DNA from: a virus
IMG/VR virus record: IMGVR_UViG_3300050821_016057
Location: 35,862 to 99,861 of that record
Strand: one strand, 5' to 3'
Length of the DNA: 64,000 nt
Shown: positions 1-8,077 of the stretch, in pieces
Layout: every line of letters starts with the position of its first letter
How positions within the stretch are numbered: the first letter of the stretch is position 1
Notes under the pieces: model-generated
What the model saw: only the letters and a program-made list of their open reading frames with translations
What the model was told of the DNA's origin: nothing
Databases searched by the model: none
Translations under genes and position numbers: made by a program

Positions 1-351
1 CGGACGGGCGACTGGTCGGGCGCGAACGGGCGCGACTACGTGGCGCTGTTCCAGATCCTGCACGAGCGGGTGTACGGGGTGCCGGCGAGCGAGCTGGACT
101 CGCACGGGTGCTTCTTCGCCGCCGGGATGGCCGCCCAGCTGGTGGACCGGCAGTTCGGGGGGGACCCGGGCGCGATGGTGCAGTACATGCGGTGGGTGTG
201 GGAGCGGGAGGTGGGCCGGGAGAAGTGGCGGCGCGAGAACCCCGACCAGTCGAGGGGCGGTAGGATTGGCTACCGGGCGCTGCTCACGGGCAGCTACTTC
301 CTGACCGACTACCGGATCGACGCGCAGCGCAGGAAGGCGAAGGGGCTGTGA
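1..351 (+). CDS. 5'-truncated hypothetical protein upstream of the helicase (possibly replication related)
   Basis: Frame open from base 1 to TGA 351; overlaps the next GTG. Confidence 0.6.
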   Translation, partial: RTGDWSGANGRDYVALFQILHERVYGVPASELDSHGCFFAAGMAAQLVDRQFGGDPGAMVQYMRWVWEREVGREKWRRENPDQSRGGRIGYRALLTGSYFLTDYRIDAQRRKAKGL

Positions 352-683
352 GCGGCGAGACGGTGGGCGAGATCGTGTCCCGGACGATCGAGAGCGGCGA
401 GACGGTGGGCGAGATCGTGGCCCAGATGGTCGAGGAAACGGCCGACCACGCGAGGATGCACCGGCACGCGGCCGGCCGGACCCGGTGGGTGATCGAGGAG
501 GTGTCGCCGGGCGGCAACGGTCGCGTCCTCTACGCGTACACGCGGGGCCGGTGGACCGCGCAGGACACCAAGCGGGTCGCCCGGGTGATGGGCCCGAGTG
601 GCGCGTTCACCCGCCGGCTGGCCACGCCCGGCGACGCCCGGTGCGCCCATACCGAGAACCGGAAGACCGAGGTGACCACGTGA
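348..683 (+). CDS. Hypothetical protein with duplicated SGETVGEIV motif
   Basis: GTGA coupling at both ends; ~28-nt direct repeat near 350 and 392. Confidence 0.6.
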   Translation: MSGETVGEIVSRTIESGETVGEIVAQMVEETADHARMHRHAAGRTRWVIEEVSPGGNGRVLYAYTRGRWTAQDTKRVARVMGPSGAFTRRLATPGDARCAHTENRKTEVTT

Positions 684-946
684 GGTTCAGCATCCGGAGG
701 CGGCACGGCCTGGCCAGCCTGGACGGGGTGTACGTGGGGCACACGGGCGGGACGTTCGAGGTGTTCGACCCGCCCTGGTGGCACGTGCGGAGGTGGTGGC
801 GGTGGTGGCGGTCCAAGCGGGCCAAGGGGGAGGTCGAGTTCAAGACGTTGCTGACGGCCGGGGGGGAGGTGGTGCGGGTGGTGCGGGTCTGGGAGGTGGT
901 GCCGGTCCCGCGCCGGAGGGTCGAGGACCAGTTCAGGATTCGCTGA
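680..946 (+). CDS. Hypothetical Trp/Arg-rich protein
   Basis: GTG 680 overlaps the previous stop. Confidence 0.55.
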   Translation: MRFSIRRRHGLASLDGVYVGHTGGTFEVFDPPWWHVRRWWRWWRSKRAKGEVEFKTLLTAGGEVVRVVRVWEVVPVPRRRVEDQFRIR

Positions 947-954
947 GGCGAGAC

Positions 955-2478
955 ATGCGCAAGAGGTCGGAGGAGGAGAAGGCAGAGGAGCGCCCGCGTT
1001 CGAAAGAAGCCGATATAATTCATGACATAATCAACGAGCAGGCGGTGATCGCCGCGGTGCTGGCCGACTGGGGCGGGGAGGCGGCGAAGCTGCTCGACAA
1101 GTACCAGCCGGACACGTTCCTGGCCGAGGAGCACCGGGCCGGGTGGGCGGCCCTCCAGGAGCTGCGCAGGCGCAAGCTCGAGTACGACCCGGCCGCGCTC
1201 GCCCGGTACGCGGGGCCCAAGTGCGACGTCGAGTACCTGGGCAAGCTTTCGGCGCTGCGGCCGGACGCGCTGGGGTCGGCCGACCTCGGGCACTTCGTGG
1301 ACGGGCTGCTCTGGGACAAGCAGCGGGCGAGCGCGGTCACGGGACCGATCAGCGCGCTGCTCGAGGCGGTCCGGGACCCGAGGGCCGACCAGGCCAGGGT
1401 GCGCGCGCTGGCCCGGCACGTCGGGGAGGCGTTCGAGGGCGGGACGGGCCGGGGCCGGTACCTGCACGACGGGGCCGAGCTGGTCAGGAGCCAGATGGGG
1501 GAGATCCGCAAGCGAGTGGCCGGCCACGCCACGTACAGCTACGGGATCGACGGGCTGGACACCAACCTGGAGACGGGCGAGCGGCGGATGCTCCCCGGTC
1601 CAGCGCCCGGACAGATCACCGTCTTCACCGCGGTCAGCGGAAGCGGGAAAACTACTGCGGCCGGCCGCGCCACCCTGGGGATCGCCCGGCAGAGGAAGCG
1701 GGTGCTCTACGGCGCGTACGAGATGGGCGGCGGGATGACGCTGGAGCTGCTGGCGTGCATGAGCCTCGGGTGGAGCCGGAGCCGGCTGATGAGCGGGCAG
1801 ACGCAGGACACGAGCGCGCCGGCCAAGACCCCGATGGGGGCGAGGGAGCAGATCGAGCTGGAGGAGCGGATGCACTCCATCACCCCGTGGGTGCGGTTCA
1901 TGCGCAACCCGTTCCGGCAGCGGGGGGTGCAGAAGCGGTCGAACGAGCGCAACCTCGACACCATCCAGGAGCAGATTGTGGACAGCGGGTGCGAGGTGTA
2001 CGTGGCCGACCTGTGGAAGCGGTGCCTGGTCGACGCCCGGCCGGAGGCCGAGGAGGACGCGCTCAACCAGCAGCAGGCGATGGCCGAGGAGACGCGCGTG
2101 CACTGCATCCTGCTCCAGCAGCAGCGACTGAAGGACGTCGAGCAGCGTCCCGACAAGCGGCCGACCCGCGAGGGGATCAAGGGGAGCAGCGCGTGGGTGG
2201 AGGTGGCGGACACGATCGTGGGCTGGCACCTGCCCAGCCTGTGGAAGAGCGTGTCGGCCGACACCATCGAGGGGTTCGTGCTCAAGCAGCGGTACGGGGT
2301 GTACCCGCAGGGGGTCGAGTTCGCGTGGTCGGCCGAGCACGGGTCGATCACGGGCGGGACCCCGATCGAGTACAAGCACTCGCAGGAGGAGTCGGGCGGG
2401 GTGTTCGGCGGGGAGTTCCGGTCGCCCGAGCTGGGCGGGGCGGGTGGCGGTCACGGCAAGGGAAGGCGGAGGAAGTGA
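955..2478 (+). CDS. dnaB: DnaB-like replicative helicase
   Basis: N-terminal EQAVIAAVL, Walker A AVSGSGKTT, HCILLQQQR, IKGSSAWVEVADTIV, KQRYG. Confidence 0.9.
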   Translation: MRKRSEEEKAEERPRSKEADIIHDIINEQAVIAAVLADWGGEAAKLLDKYQPDTFLAEEHRAGWAALQELRRRKLEYDPAALARYAGPKCDVEYLGKLSALRPDALGSADLGHFVDGLLWDKQRASAVTGPISALLEAVRDPRADQARVRALARHVGEAFEGGTGRGRYLHDGAELVRSQMGEIRKRVAGHATYSYGIDGLDTNLETGERRMLPGPAPGQITVFTAVSGSGKTTAAGRATLGIARQRKRVLYGAYEMGGGMTLELLACMSLGWSRSRLMSGQTQDTSAPAKTPMGAREQIELEERMHSITPWVRFMRNPFRQRGVQKRSNERNLDTIQEQIVDSGCEVYVADLWKRCLVDARPEAEEDALNQQQAMAEETRVHCILLQQQRLKDVEQRPDKRPTREGIKGSSAWVEVADTIVGWHLPSLWKSVSADTIEGFVLKQRYGVYPQGVEFAWSAEHGSITGGTPIEYKHSQEESGGVFGGEFRSPELGGAGGGHGKGRRRK

Positions 2479-2957
2479 TGGCGAAGTTGAAGGTTTTCAA
2501 GCTGGGCCCCAACGCGCTCCAGGGGTCGGGGAACCCCCCCTACGAGAAGGAGATGTGGGGGGCGTCGGTCGAGGGGGTGGCCCTGTGTTCCCACGGAGAC
2601 ACGGAGGACGACGCGGTTTGCCGGTTGGCCGAGGAGTTGGGCAATTGGGTGATAGGGCACCGGTCCCGCATCGTGGAGTTGGGTCAGAAACTTGGAGAAC
2701 CCCGAATGGTGTTCGAGGCCGAGGCCAAGAAGCGGGTGGAGCACTACGACAGTGGTTATTCGAGGGTCGAGGTAGACTTTCAGGGGGCTTCTGTAATTGA
2801 GGGACACCACGCGTTCATCGGTATCCAATTGGACGCGGCCGCCAGCCAGCTGGAGGAGCACCACTTCGTCCAGAAGCACGTGGTTCTGGAGGACGGCCGA
2901 ACAGTCGACTTCATCCGGAAGCGGTACCGGGTGACGCTGGAGGAGATCAAGGAGTGA
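2478..2957 (+). CDS. Hypothetical protein
   Basis: TGATG coupling; MAKLKVFKLG start. Confidence 0.65.
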   Translation: MAKLKVFKLGPNALQGSGNPPYEKEMWGASVEGVALCSHGDTEDDAVCRLAEELGNWVIGHRSRIVELGQKLGEPRMVFEAEAKKRVEHYDSGYSRVEVDFQGASVIEGHHAFIGIQLDAAASQLEEHHFVQKHVVLEDGRTVDFIRKRYRVTLEEIKE

Positions 2958-2961
2958 ATCA

Positions 2962-3435
2962 GTGAGGCGCCGGGTCACGCCGCCGAGGTCGCTGGCAGGC
3001 GGTTGGGTGGACCCGTCTAGTCTGCCCCGCGGGCCCAACGGGCGGGCGCTCTGCCGGCGGTGCCTGCAGGAGGTGCCGGTCGGCCGGAGGACGTTCTGCT
3101 CGGGCGCCCAGATGGTCACCCGGTGGGCCGGTTACGGGAAGCCGAGGGTGCTCGTCGCCCCGGGGAGCGGGTGCGTGCACGAGCACATGGTGCGGAGCAA
3201 CCCCGGGTACGCGCGCAAGTGCGTGCTGGCCCGGGACGGGGGGCGGTGCGCCGAGTGCCTGATGGTGGACCCATACTGGGAGATGGACCACGTCACCCCG
3301 GTCGCGGAGGGCGGGGGATCGTGCGGGCTCGAGAACCTGCGGACGCTCTGCCGAGTCCACCACCGGCTGGCGACCGCGGCACTAGCTAGGCGGAGGGCGG
3401 AGGCCCGAAAGGAGAACCCATGCTTATCCGGTTGA
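2962..3435 (+). CDS. HNH endonuclease
   Basis: RDGGRCAEC, EMDHVTPVAEGGG, NLRTLCRVHH. Confidence 0.9.
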   Translation: MRRRVTPPRSLAGGWVDPSSLPRGPNGRALCRRCLQEVPVGRRTFCSGAQMVTRWAGYGKPRVLVAPGSGCVHEHMVRSNPGYARKCVLARDGGRCAECLMVDPYWEMDHVTPVAEGGGSCGLENLRTLCRVHHRLATAALARRRAEARKENPCLSG

Positions 3436-3744
3436 CGCACCAATGAGGCCGACACGTACGCAACTGGCACTGATTCGTATCGGGGTGCGCCAGCCGGAGC
3501 GACTGCCGCCCGTATACGGTTCTGGCGGCGGTTTCGTCGTGGCTGACCCGCGAACGATTCGGGCGCTCGTAGAGCAGGGTCTAGCGTTCCAGAAGCCGCA
3601 CTTTTGTCGCGAGGACCTGAGCCAAGCGTGGCTGACTCGGGCAGCCTTTGCGCTTGTAGGGGCGCCTCCGCTGCCAGCCGACCGCGCTCATCCGTTCAAA
3701 TCAGGCGAGGTGTGGCCGTGAAGTGTATCAACCGGATAAGCATG
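3419..3744. mobile_element. Non-autonomous IS1595-type mini-element (MITE/MIC) with passenger ORF
   Basis: 22-bp terminal inverted repeats 3419-3440 and 3723-3744 (20/22 match); 8-bp direct repeat GGAGAACC at 3411-3418 and 3745-3752; lower GC. Confidence 0.85.
3443..3721 (+). CDS. Hypothetical passenger protein of the mini-element
   Basis: 92-aa ORF filling the space between the inverted repeats. Confidence 0.65.
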   Translation: MRPTRTQLALIRIGVRQPERLPPVYGSGGGFVVADPRTIRALVEQGLAFQKPHFCREDLSQAWLTRAAFALVGAPPLPADRAHPFKSGEVWP

Positions 3745-3788
3745 GGAGAACCGATGAAGCACTTGACCGAGCACGACGAGCGTAAACG

Positions 3789-4739
3789 TTGAGCCTCACC
3801 AAGCGGGCGCTCCAGAAGCTGGGGTTGGAGGTGGTGGACAAGGGGGCGGACCGGCGCTGCTACGGGATCTGCCCGTTCCACCAGGACCGCCACCCCACCA
3901 ACTGGTTTATCCGCCTCCGGGGGGAGCGGGCCGGGCAGCATCACTGCTTCGCGTGCAAGGCCAAGGGCGGGCTGCTCGACCTGATCGCGCACCGGCGTGG
4001 CTGCTCGCTCAAGGGGGCGAGGGAGTGGCTGGACCAGCTGCGCGGGGGGGAGGAGGTGGAGGGGGTGCGGCTGCCCGAGGACGAGATCCGGCTGGTCGTG
4101 TCAGGCGTGGGCACGAGGGCGTTCCAGCTGCCTCGGGAGGTCCGGTTCGGGTCGCTGGGCAGCTGGACCCAGACGGCGCGCCGGTACGCGGAGCGGCGGC
4201 ACTTGACCGAGGCCCAGGTGGCCGACTGGGGGATCGGCTACGCGACGTCGGGCCGGCTGGCCGGTAGGATCGTGATCCCGGTGCGGGACCGGGACGGGGT
4301 CGCGTGGAGCTACATGGCCCGGACGTTCGCCGACCACCAGGCCCGGTACTACTACCCGGCCGAGCGGGAGCGGGCCGACCTGGACGTGGTCTTCGGCGAG
4401 CAGTGGTGGCCGAGGGACGGTACGCTCAGGCGGGAGACGGTCGTGGTGGCCGAGGGGGCGCTGAACGCGCTGGCGGTGGAGCGGGCGGTCGGCGGGTGGG
4501 CGTCGGTGGCCGCGCTGGGGGGCTCGGACGTGCGCCCCATCCACGTGGGCAAGCTGGCCGCGTTCGGGACCGTGCTGGTGATGACCGACGACGACCGGGC
4601 GGGCGAGGGGGCGGCCGAGGAGCTGATGGTCGGGTTGGCCAGGCATACCCGGGTGGTGCGTGTTAGCCTGGGCGCCGGGATGGACGCGGACGACATGGAC
4701 CCGGCCGAGCTGGAGGTGAGGTTGTGCCGCTCAACCTAG
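3789..4739 (+). CDS. DnaG-like primase (CHC2 zinc finger + TOPRIM)
   Basis: CPFH...HCFAC; RIVIPVRD; AEGALNAL; DDDRAG; DADD. Confidence 0.9.
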   Translation: MSLTKRALQKLGLEVVDKGADRRCYGICPFHQDRHPTNWFIRLRGERAGQHHCFACKAKGGLLDLIAHRRGCSLKGAREWLDQLRGGEEVEGVRLPEDEIRLVVSGVGTRAFQLPREVRFGSLGSWTQTARRYAERRHLTEAQVADWGIGYATSGRLAGRIVIPVRDRDGVAWSYMARTFADHQARYYYPAERERADLDVVFGEQWWPRDGTLRRETVVVAEGALNALAVERAVGGWASVAALGGSDVRPIHVGKLAAFGTVLVMTDDDRAGEGAAEELMVGLARHTRVVRVSLGAGMDADDMDPAELEVRLCRST

Positions 4740-4948
4740 GCGGGCTCCCCCGCGAGGAGAGGCGGCGGCGGATCTTGGCCGCGCTGGAGGAGACAAGCGG
4801 GGTGGTCAGGCGGGCGGCCACCAACTTGGGGATCCACAACACGCTGATCTGCTACCACATCCGGGAGCTGGGGATGCGCGGCGAGGTGGAGCGGATCCGG
4901 AACCGGTGGAGGCGATTCCTGCTAACCGGGCGCGATGGCGCGGCATAA
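4724..4948 (+). CDS. Fis-like HTH protein
   Basis: ILAALEETSGVVRRAATNLGIHNTLICYHIRELG. Confidence 0.75.
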   Translation: MPLNLGGLPREERRRRILAALEETSGVVRRAATNLGIHNTLICYHIRELGMRGEVERIRNRWRRFLLTGRDGAA

Positions 4949-4949
4949 G
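4940..4949 (+). promoter_or_regulatory. GCGGCATAAG promoter-like motif
   Basis: Recurrent motif; upstream of ATG 4969. Confidence 0.7.
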
Positions 4950-4968
4950 GGTAGGGTGGAGAACGACG

Positions 4969-5262
4969 ATGGACATCCCCGAGCTCATCAGGACGGACCC
5001 GGAGGAGGCCCGGCGGGCGCTGCGCGAGGCGTTCCTGAAGTCGGGGGCTCTGCAGCGGGAGGCGGCCCTGCTATACCAGGTGGGGCCCTGGACGTTCTGC
5101 CGGTGGGTGGCGCAGCTGGGGTTGTCGGAGGAGTTCAAGCAGCTGACCATGCGGGCGAAGCGGGAGGGTTGGATCAGCCCGGTGGACCAGCGGGGCAAGC
5201 GGGGGCCGGACCGGCAGAAGCGGGCCCCGAGGACGAAGAGGAAGGGACGGAGGACGAGGTGA
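4969..5262 (+). CDS. HTH protein
   Basis: SGALQREAALLYQVGPWTFCRWVAQLGL; GGAG RBS. Confidence 0.7.
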   Translation: MDIPELIRTDPEEARRALREAFLKSGALQREAALLYQVGPWTFCRWVAQLGLSEEFKQLTMRAKREGWISPVDQRGKRGPDRQKRAPRTKRKGRRTR

Positions 5263-5789
5263 GCGCGGCGAGGAACCTGGAGCAGCTTTTCGCGGCGGCG
5301 AGCACGGCCAGCGCGAGCCTGATGGAGGGGCGGGACCTGGCGCGCCAGCACTCCGTCCGGGCGATCCGCGAGGTCGAGCGGCGCCTGCGTTCCGCCATCG
5401 CGGGCGACACGCTCCGCGGGATGAGCAACTTGTTCCCGGTGAGGGGGGCGATCGCCCAGCAGGCGGCGCGCGTGGTCGGCCGGGAGGGGGCGCACACCGA
5501 CTTCTTCGCCCAGGCGATGCGCAAGCTGGACGAGCCGGTGCCGTTCGGCCGGTCCGCGATGGTGCTGACCAAGGAGGGGGAGCTGATGGTTTTCGAGGTC
5601 GGGGAGCGGGGCGAGTTCTCGTCCCGGCCGGCCGAGGACGGCGAGCTGACCGCGCAGGACCTGGACGCGGTCCTGCACACCGTCCGGGCCGTGCTGGAGC
5701 GGCACGTCCAGCGGGCCGAGCGGACGGCCGCCAACTACGCGAGAATCTCCGGGATGGCCGCCCAGCTGGGCCGGCTGCTTGGCCCCTGA
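5259..5789 (+). CDS. Hypothetical protein
   Basis: GTGA coupling. Confidence 0.65.
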   Translation: MSAARNLEQLFAAASTASASLMEGRDLARQHSVRAIREVERRLRSAIAGDTLRGMSNLFPVRGAIAQQAARVVGREGAHTDFFAQAMRKLDEPVPFGRSAMVLTKEGELMVFEVGERGEFSSRPAEDGELTAQDLDAVLHTVRAVLERHVQRAERTAANYARISGMAAQLGRLLGP

Positions 5790-5790
5790 A

Positions 5791-5844
5791 GCCTGCCGCC
5801 CGCGTGCCCGATCTTCCCCCGGATCGGCAGCGGGCGGTGGGGCT
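5791..5844 (+). terminator. GC-rich hairpin after the replication operon
   Basis: TGCCGCCCGC...GATC / GATC...GCGGGCGGTG complementarity; no U-tract. Confidence 0.4.
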
Positions 5845-5862
5845 CCAGCGGCCGAGCGGGGA

Positions 5863-5880
5863 CCCAAACCCGGGTTTGGG
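5863..5880. repeat. 18-bp palindrome CCCAAACCCGGGTTTGGG copy 1
   Basis: Exact match; 30 bp upstream of a -35 box. Confidence 0.95.
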
Positions 5881-5900
5881 GAAAAAAGAACGAGGGGGTG

Positions 5901-5945
5901 ATAAAAAGACTTGCAGCCCAAGCGGGAAGGGTCCATAACAAGGTT
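5901..5945 (+). promoter_or_regulatory. Sigma70-type early promoter 1
   Basis: ATAAAAAGAC-TTGCAG-N17-CATAAC-AAGGTT; near-identical copy at 48243. Confidence 0.8.
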
Positions 5946-6068
5946 CGTAGGGCGGCGCTGAAAAGAGGGGCGCCACTCCACCACCTGATGGCATGCAGGT
6001 TCAGGATGGGGTACCCGTGAGGGCCCGGACGGTGCTTGTGACGCCCCTCTCTTCGACACCCTCGAACC
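5942..6068 (+). ncRNA. Structured 5' leader RNA (long stem with branched top)
   Basis: GGTTCG/CGAACC, AGGG/CCCT, GAAAAGAGGGGCG/CGCCCCTCTCTTC, CACC/GGTG; internal hairpins ACCTG/CAGGT and CCC-GTGA-GGG. Confidence 0.6.
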
Positions 6069-6102
6069 AACACCCGCGCTGAGGCGCAGAAAGAGGAACC
6101 CC

Positions 6103-7260
6103 ATGCTTCACCACCACGGACCCGCAGGCACCTACGACGTCGCAGCATCCGAGGCCGCCACGCGCGCCCGCTCGCTCATGGAGCAGAAGATCGAGACCGG
6201 CAAGCAGTCGGCCATCCAGCTGTACGAGCGCGTGCACGCCGCGGTCCCGGTCGACGCGATCGTCCGCGGGCGCGGGCTCGCGTTCCAGTACGGGGTCGGC
6301 CCCGAGGACATGCCGGTCAGCGTCTCGGCGGGCGGCAGCCCGATGGGCATCCACCGGCACGCGCTCCAGCAGATGGCCGGCAAGGCCGGCATCCCGGGCC
6401 AGTACCTGGCCGAGTTGGTCGGCGCCCCCGAGGGGTGGAAGCGCGAGCTGGCGGCCCGGACGCTCACCGACCACTTCACCCGCACGCAGGTCGTGCAGCG
6501 CGAGGACCTGTCCGGGTCCCGCCACCTGGTGCGGGCGGTCAACGGGGAGGTGCGCGGCTTCCTGAGCGACCGGTACCGCCGGCTGGACTCGCGCCCGCTG
6601 CTCGAGGCGTTCGCCGAGGGCTGCCGGGAGCTGGGCGCGGTGCCGGTCGAGGGGACGACCACGGACGTGCGCGTGGCCCTCAAGGCGTACCTGCCGATGG
6701 TGTTCGAGCCCGTCCCCAACGAGGTGATGTGCCTGGGGGTCGAGTGGAGCAACAGCGACTTCGGGGCGGGCAAGCACGCGCTCCGCGCGTTCATCTACCG
6801 GCTCTGGTGCGCGAACGGGGCGGTCATGGAGGACGCGATGAGCCAGGTGCACCTGGGCGGCCGGCTGGCCGACACGATCGAGTTCAGCGACCGGACCTAC
6901 GCGCTCGACACGCGCGCCTCGGTCAGCGCGCTCCGGGACGTGGTGGCGGGCACGCTCGGGCCGAAGTCGGTCAACACCCTACTGGCCACCATCCGGGCGG
7001 CCGACGAGAAGAAGGTCGAGTGGCGCTCGGTGAGCACGCTCCTCGGCAAGAAGCTCCTGAAGGAGGAGCTGAAGGCGGCCCGGGACGCGTTCGACAGCGA
7101 GGACGTGATCAACCTGCCGGCCGGCAAGTCGATCTGGCGGGTCAGCAACGCGATCAGCTGGATCGCGGGCAAGACCGAGGACCAGGACCGCAAGTTGGAG
7201 CTGCAGAGGCTGGCGGGCGCGGTCATCCACGGCAAGAGCGAGGAGGCGGTGGCGGCCTGA
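6103..7260 (+). CDS. DUF932-like phage protein
   Basis: LSDRYRRLD; WSNSDFGAG...RLWCANG; GAGG RBS. Confidence 0.75.
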   Translation: MLHHHGPAGTYDVAASEAATRARSLMEQKIETGKQSAIQLYERVHAAVPVDAIVRGRGLAFQYGVGPEDMPVSVSAGGSPMGIHRHALQQMAGKAGIPGQYLAELVGAPEGWKRELAARTLTDHFTRTQVVQREDLSGSRHLVRAVNGEVRGFLSDRYRRLDSRPLLEAFAEGCRELGAVPVEGTTTDVRVALKAYLPMVFEPVPNEVMCLGVEWSNSDFGAGKHALRAFIYRLWCANGAVMEDAMSQVHLGGRLADTIEFSDRTYALDTRASVSALRDVVAGTLGPKSVNTLLATIRAADEKKVEWRSVSTLLGKKLLKEELKAARDAFDSEDVINLPAGKSIWRVSNAISWIAGKTEDQDRKLELQRLAGAVIHGKSEEAVAA

Positions 7261-7279
7261 GTCGAGGGGGGTGGGAGAC

Positions 7280-7367
7280 CGCCCCCGCACCGCCTGATCG
7301 GCATCGCGCTCGCAACCCCTAGGCAGGGGCGGAGGGGCGCGCCGGGGTTCGACTCCCCGGGGGGCGA
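7280..7367 (+). ncRNA. tRNA-like RNA without a canonical anticodon arm
   Basis: 7-bp acceptor stem CGCCCCC/GGGGGCG + A; T-arm CGGGG-TTCGACT-CCCCG; GCC/GGC D-like stem. Confidence 0.6.
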
Positions 7368-7420
7368 CGAAGTTGCAGTGCGGGCGCTGAGGCGCCCGAG
7401 GTGAAGGACAACCGAGGACG

Positions 7421-8077
7421 GTGACCAGGATGGCGAGAGAGATCGAAGGGCCGGCGTTCCGCTTGAGGGACGGTCGGAGCACGTACGGCGAGTTCGCCCG
7501 GGAGACCCGGGAGCGCTGGGTGGCGATGGCCCGGTGGTTGATGCGGCGGTGGCGGGTGCCGGGTTGGGTGGACGTCGAGGACGTCGTCCAGGAGCTGATG
7601 ATCGGGGCGTGGCGGGGGTGCTTCGAGTACCAGGAGGGCCGGGGGACGAGGTCGCTGGGCGGGCACGTCGAGTACGTGGCCACCGACAAGGCGAAGAAGC
7701 GGATGCACAAGTGGCGGGGCGCGCTCCTGCACGGCAACCCGGACGCCGAGGACGGGCATATGGACGTCCCGTTCTGCGTGGTCGAGGACGGGGACGGTTG
7801 GGTGGACACGCTGTCGAACGTGCCGCCCGGGCAGGAGGACGCGCTGATGCGCCGGCAGAGCGGGCGGGCGGTGCTCCGGCAGTGCCAGTCGATCGAGGAG
7901 CTGCTGGTCGTGCAGGCGCTGGCCGAAACCGAGAGCTTCATCGGGTCGGCCGCCCTGATCTACGGGGACGAGGACTCGCGGCAGCTGCTCGAGCTTAGGA
8001 GCGAGGAGCACGCCGCGCAGGTGGTGGTGAGGACCGCGTACGCGGTGGTGGACAGGATTCAACTCGAGGCAGCATGA
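7421..8077 (+). CDS. Phage sigma70-family factor
   Basis: Region-2-like DVEDVVQELMIGAWRGCFEYQEGRG..SL..HVEYVA; region 4 degenerate; start may be ATG 7430. Confidence 0.75.
   Translation: MTRMAREIEGPAFRLRDGRSTYGEFARETRERWVAMARWLMRRWRVPGWVDVEDVVQELMIGAWRGCFEYQEGRGTRSLGGHVEYVATDKAKKRMHKWRGALLHGNPDAEDGHMDVPFCVVEDGDGWVDTLSNVPPGQEDALMRRQSGRAVLRQCQSIEELLVVQALAETESFIGSAALIYGDEDSRQLLELRSEEHAAQVVVRTAYAVVDRIQLEAA

Noticed and set aside
7280-7367. A functional canonical tRNA (Pro-AGG)
   Set aside because: No proper 5-bp stem with 7-nt loop in the anticodon position, and U8/A14 are absent; kept only as tRNA-like.
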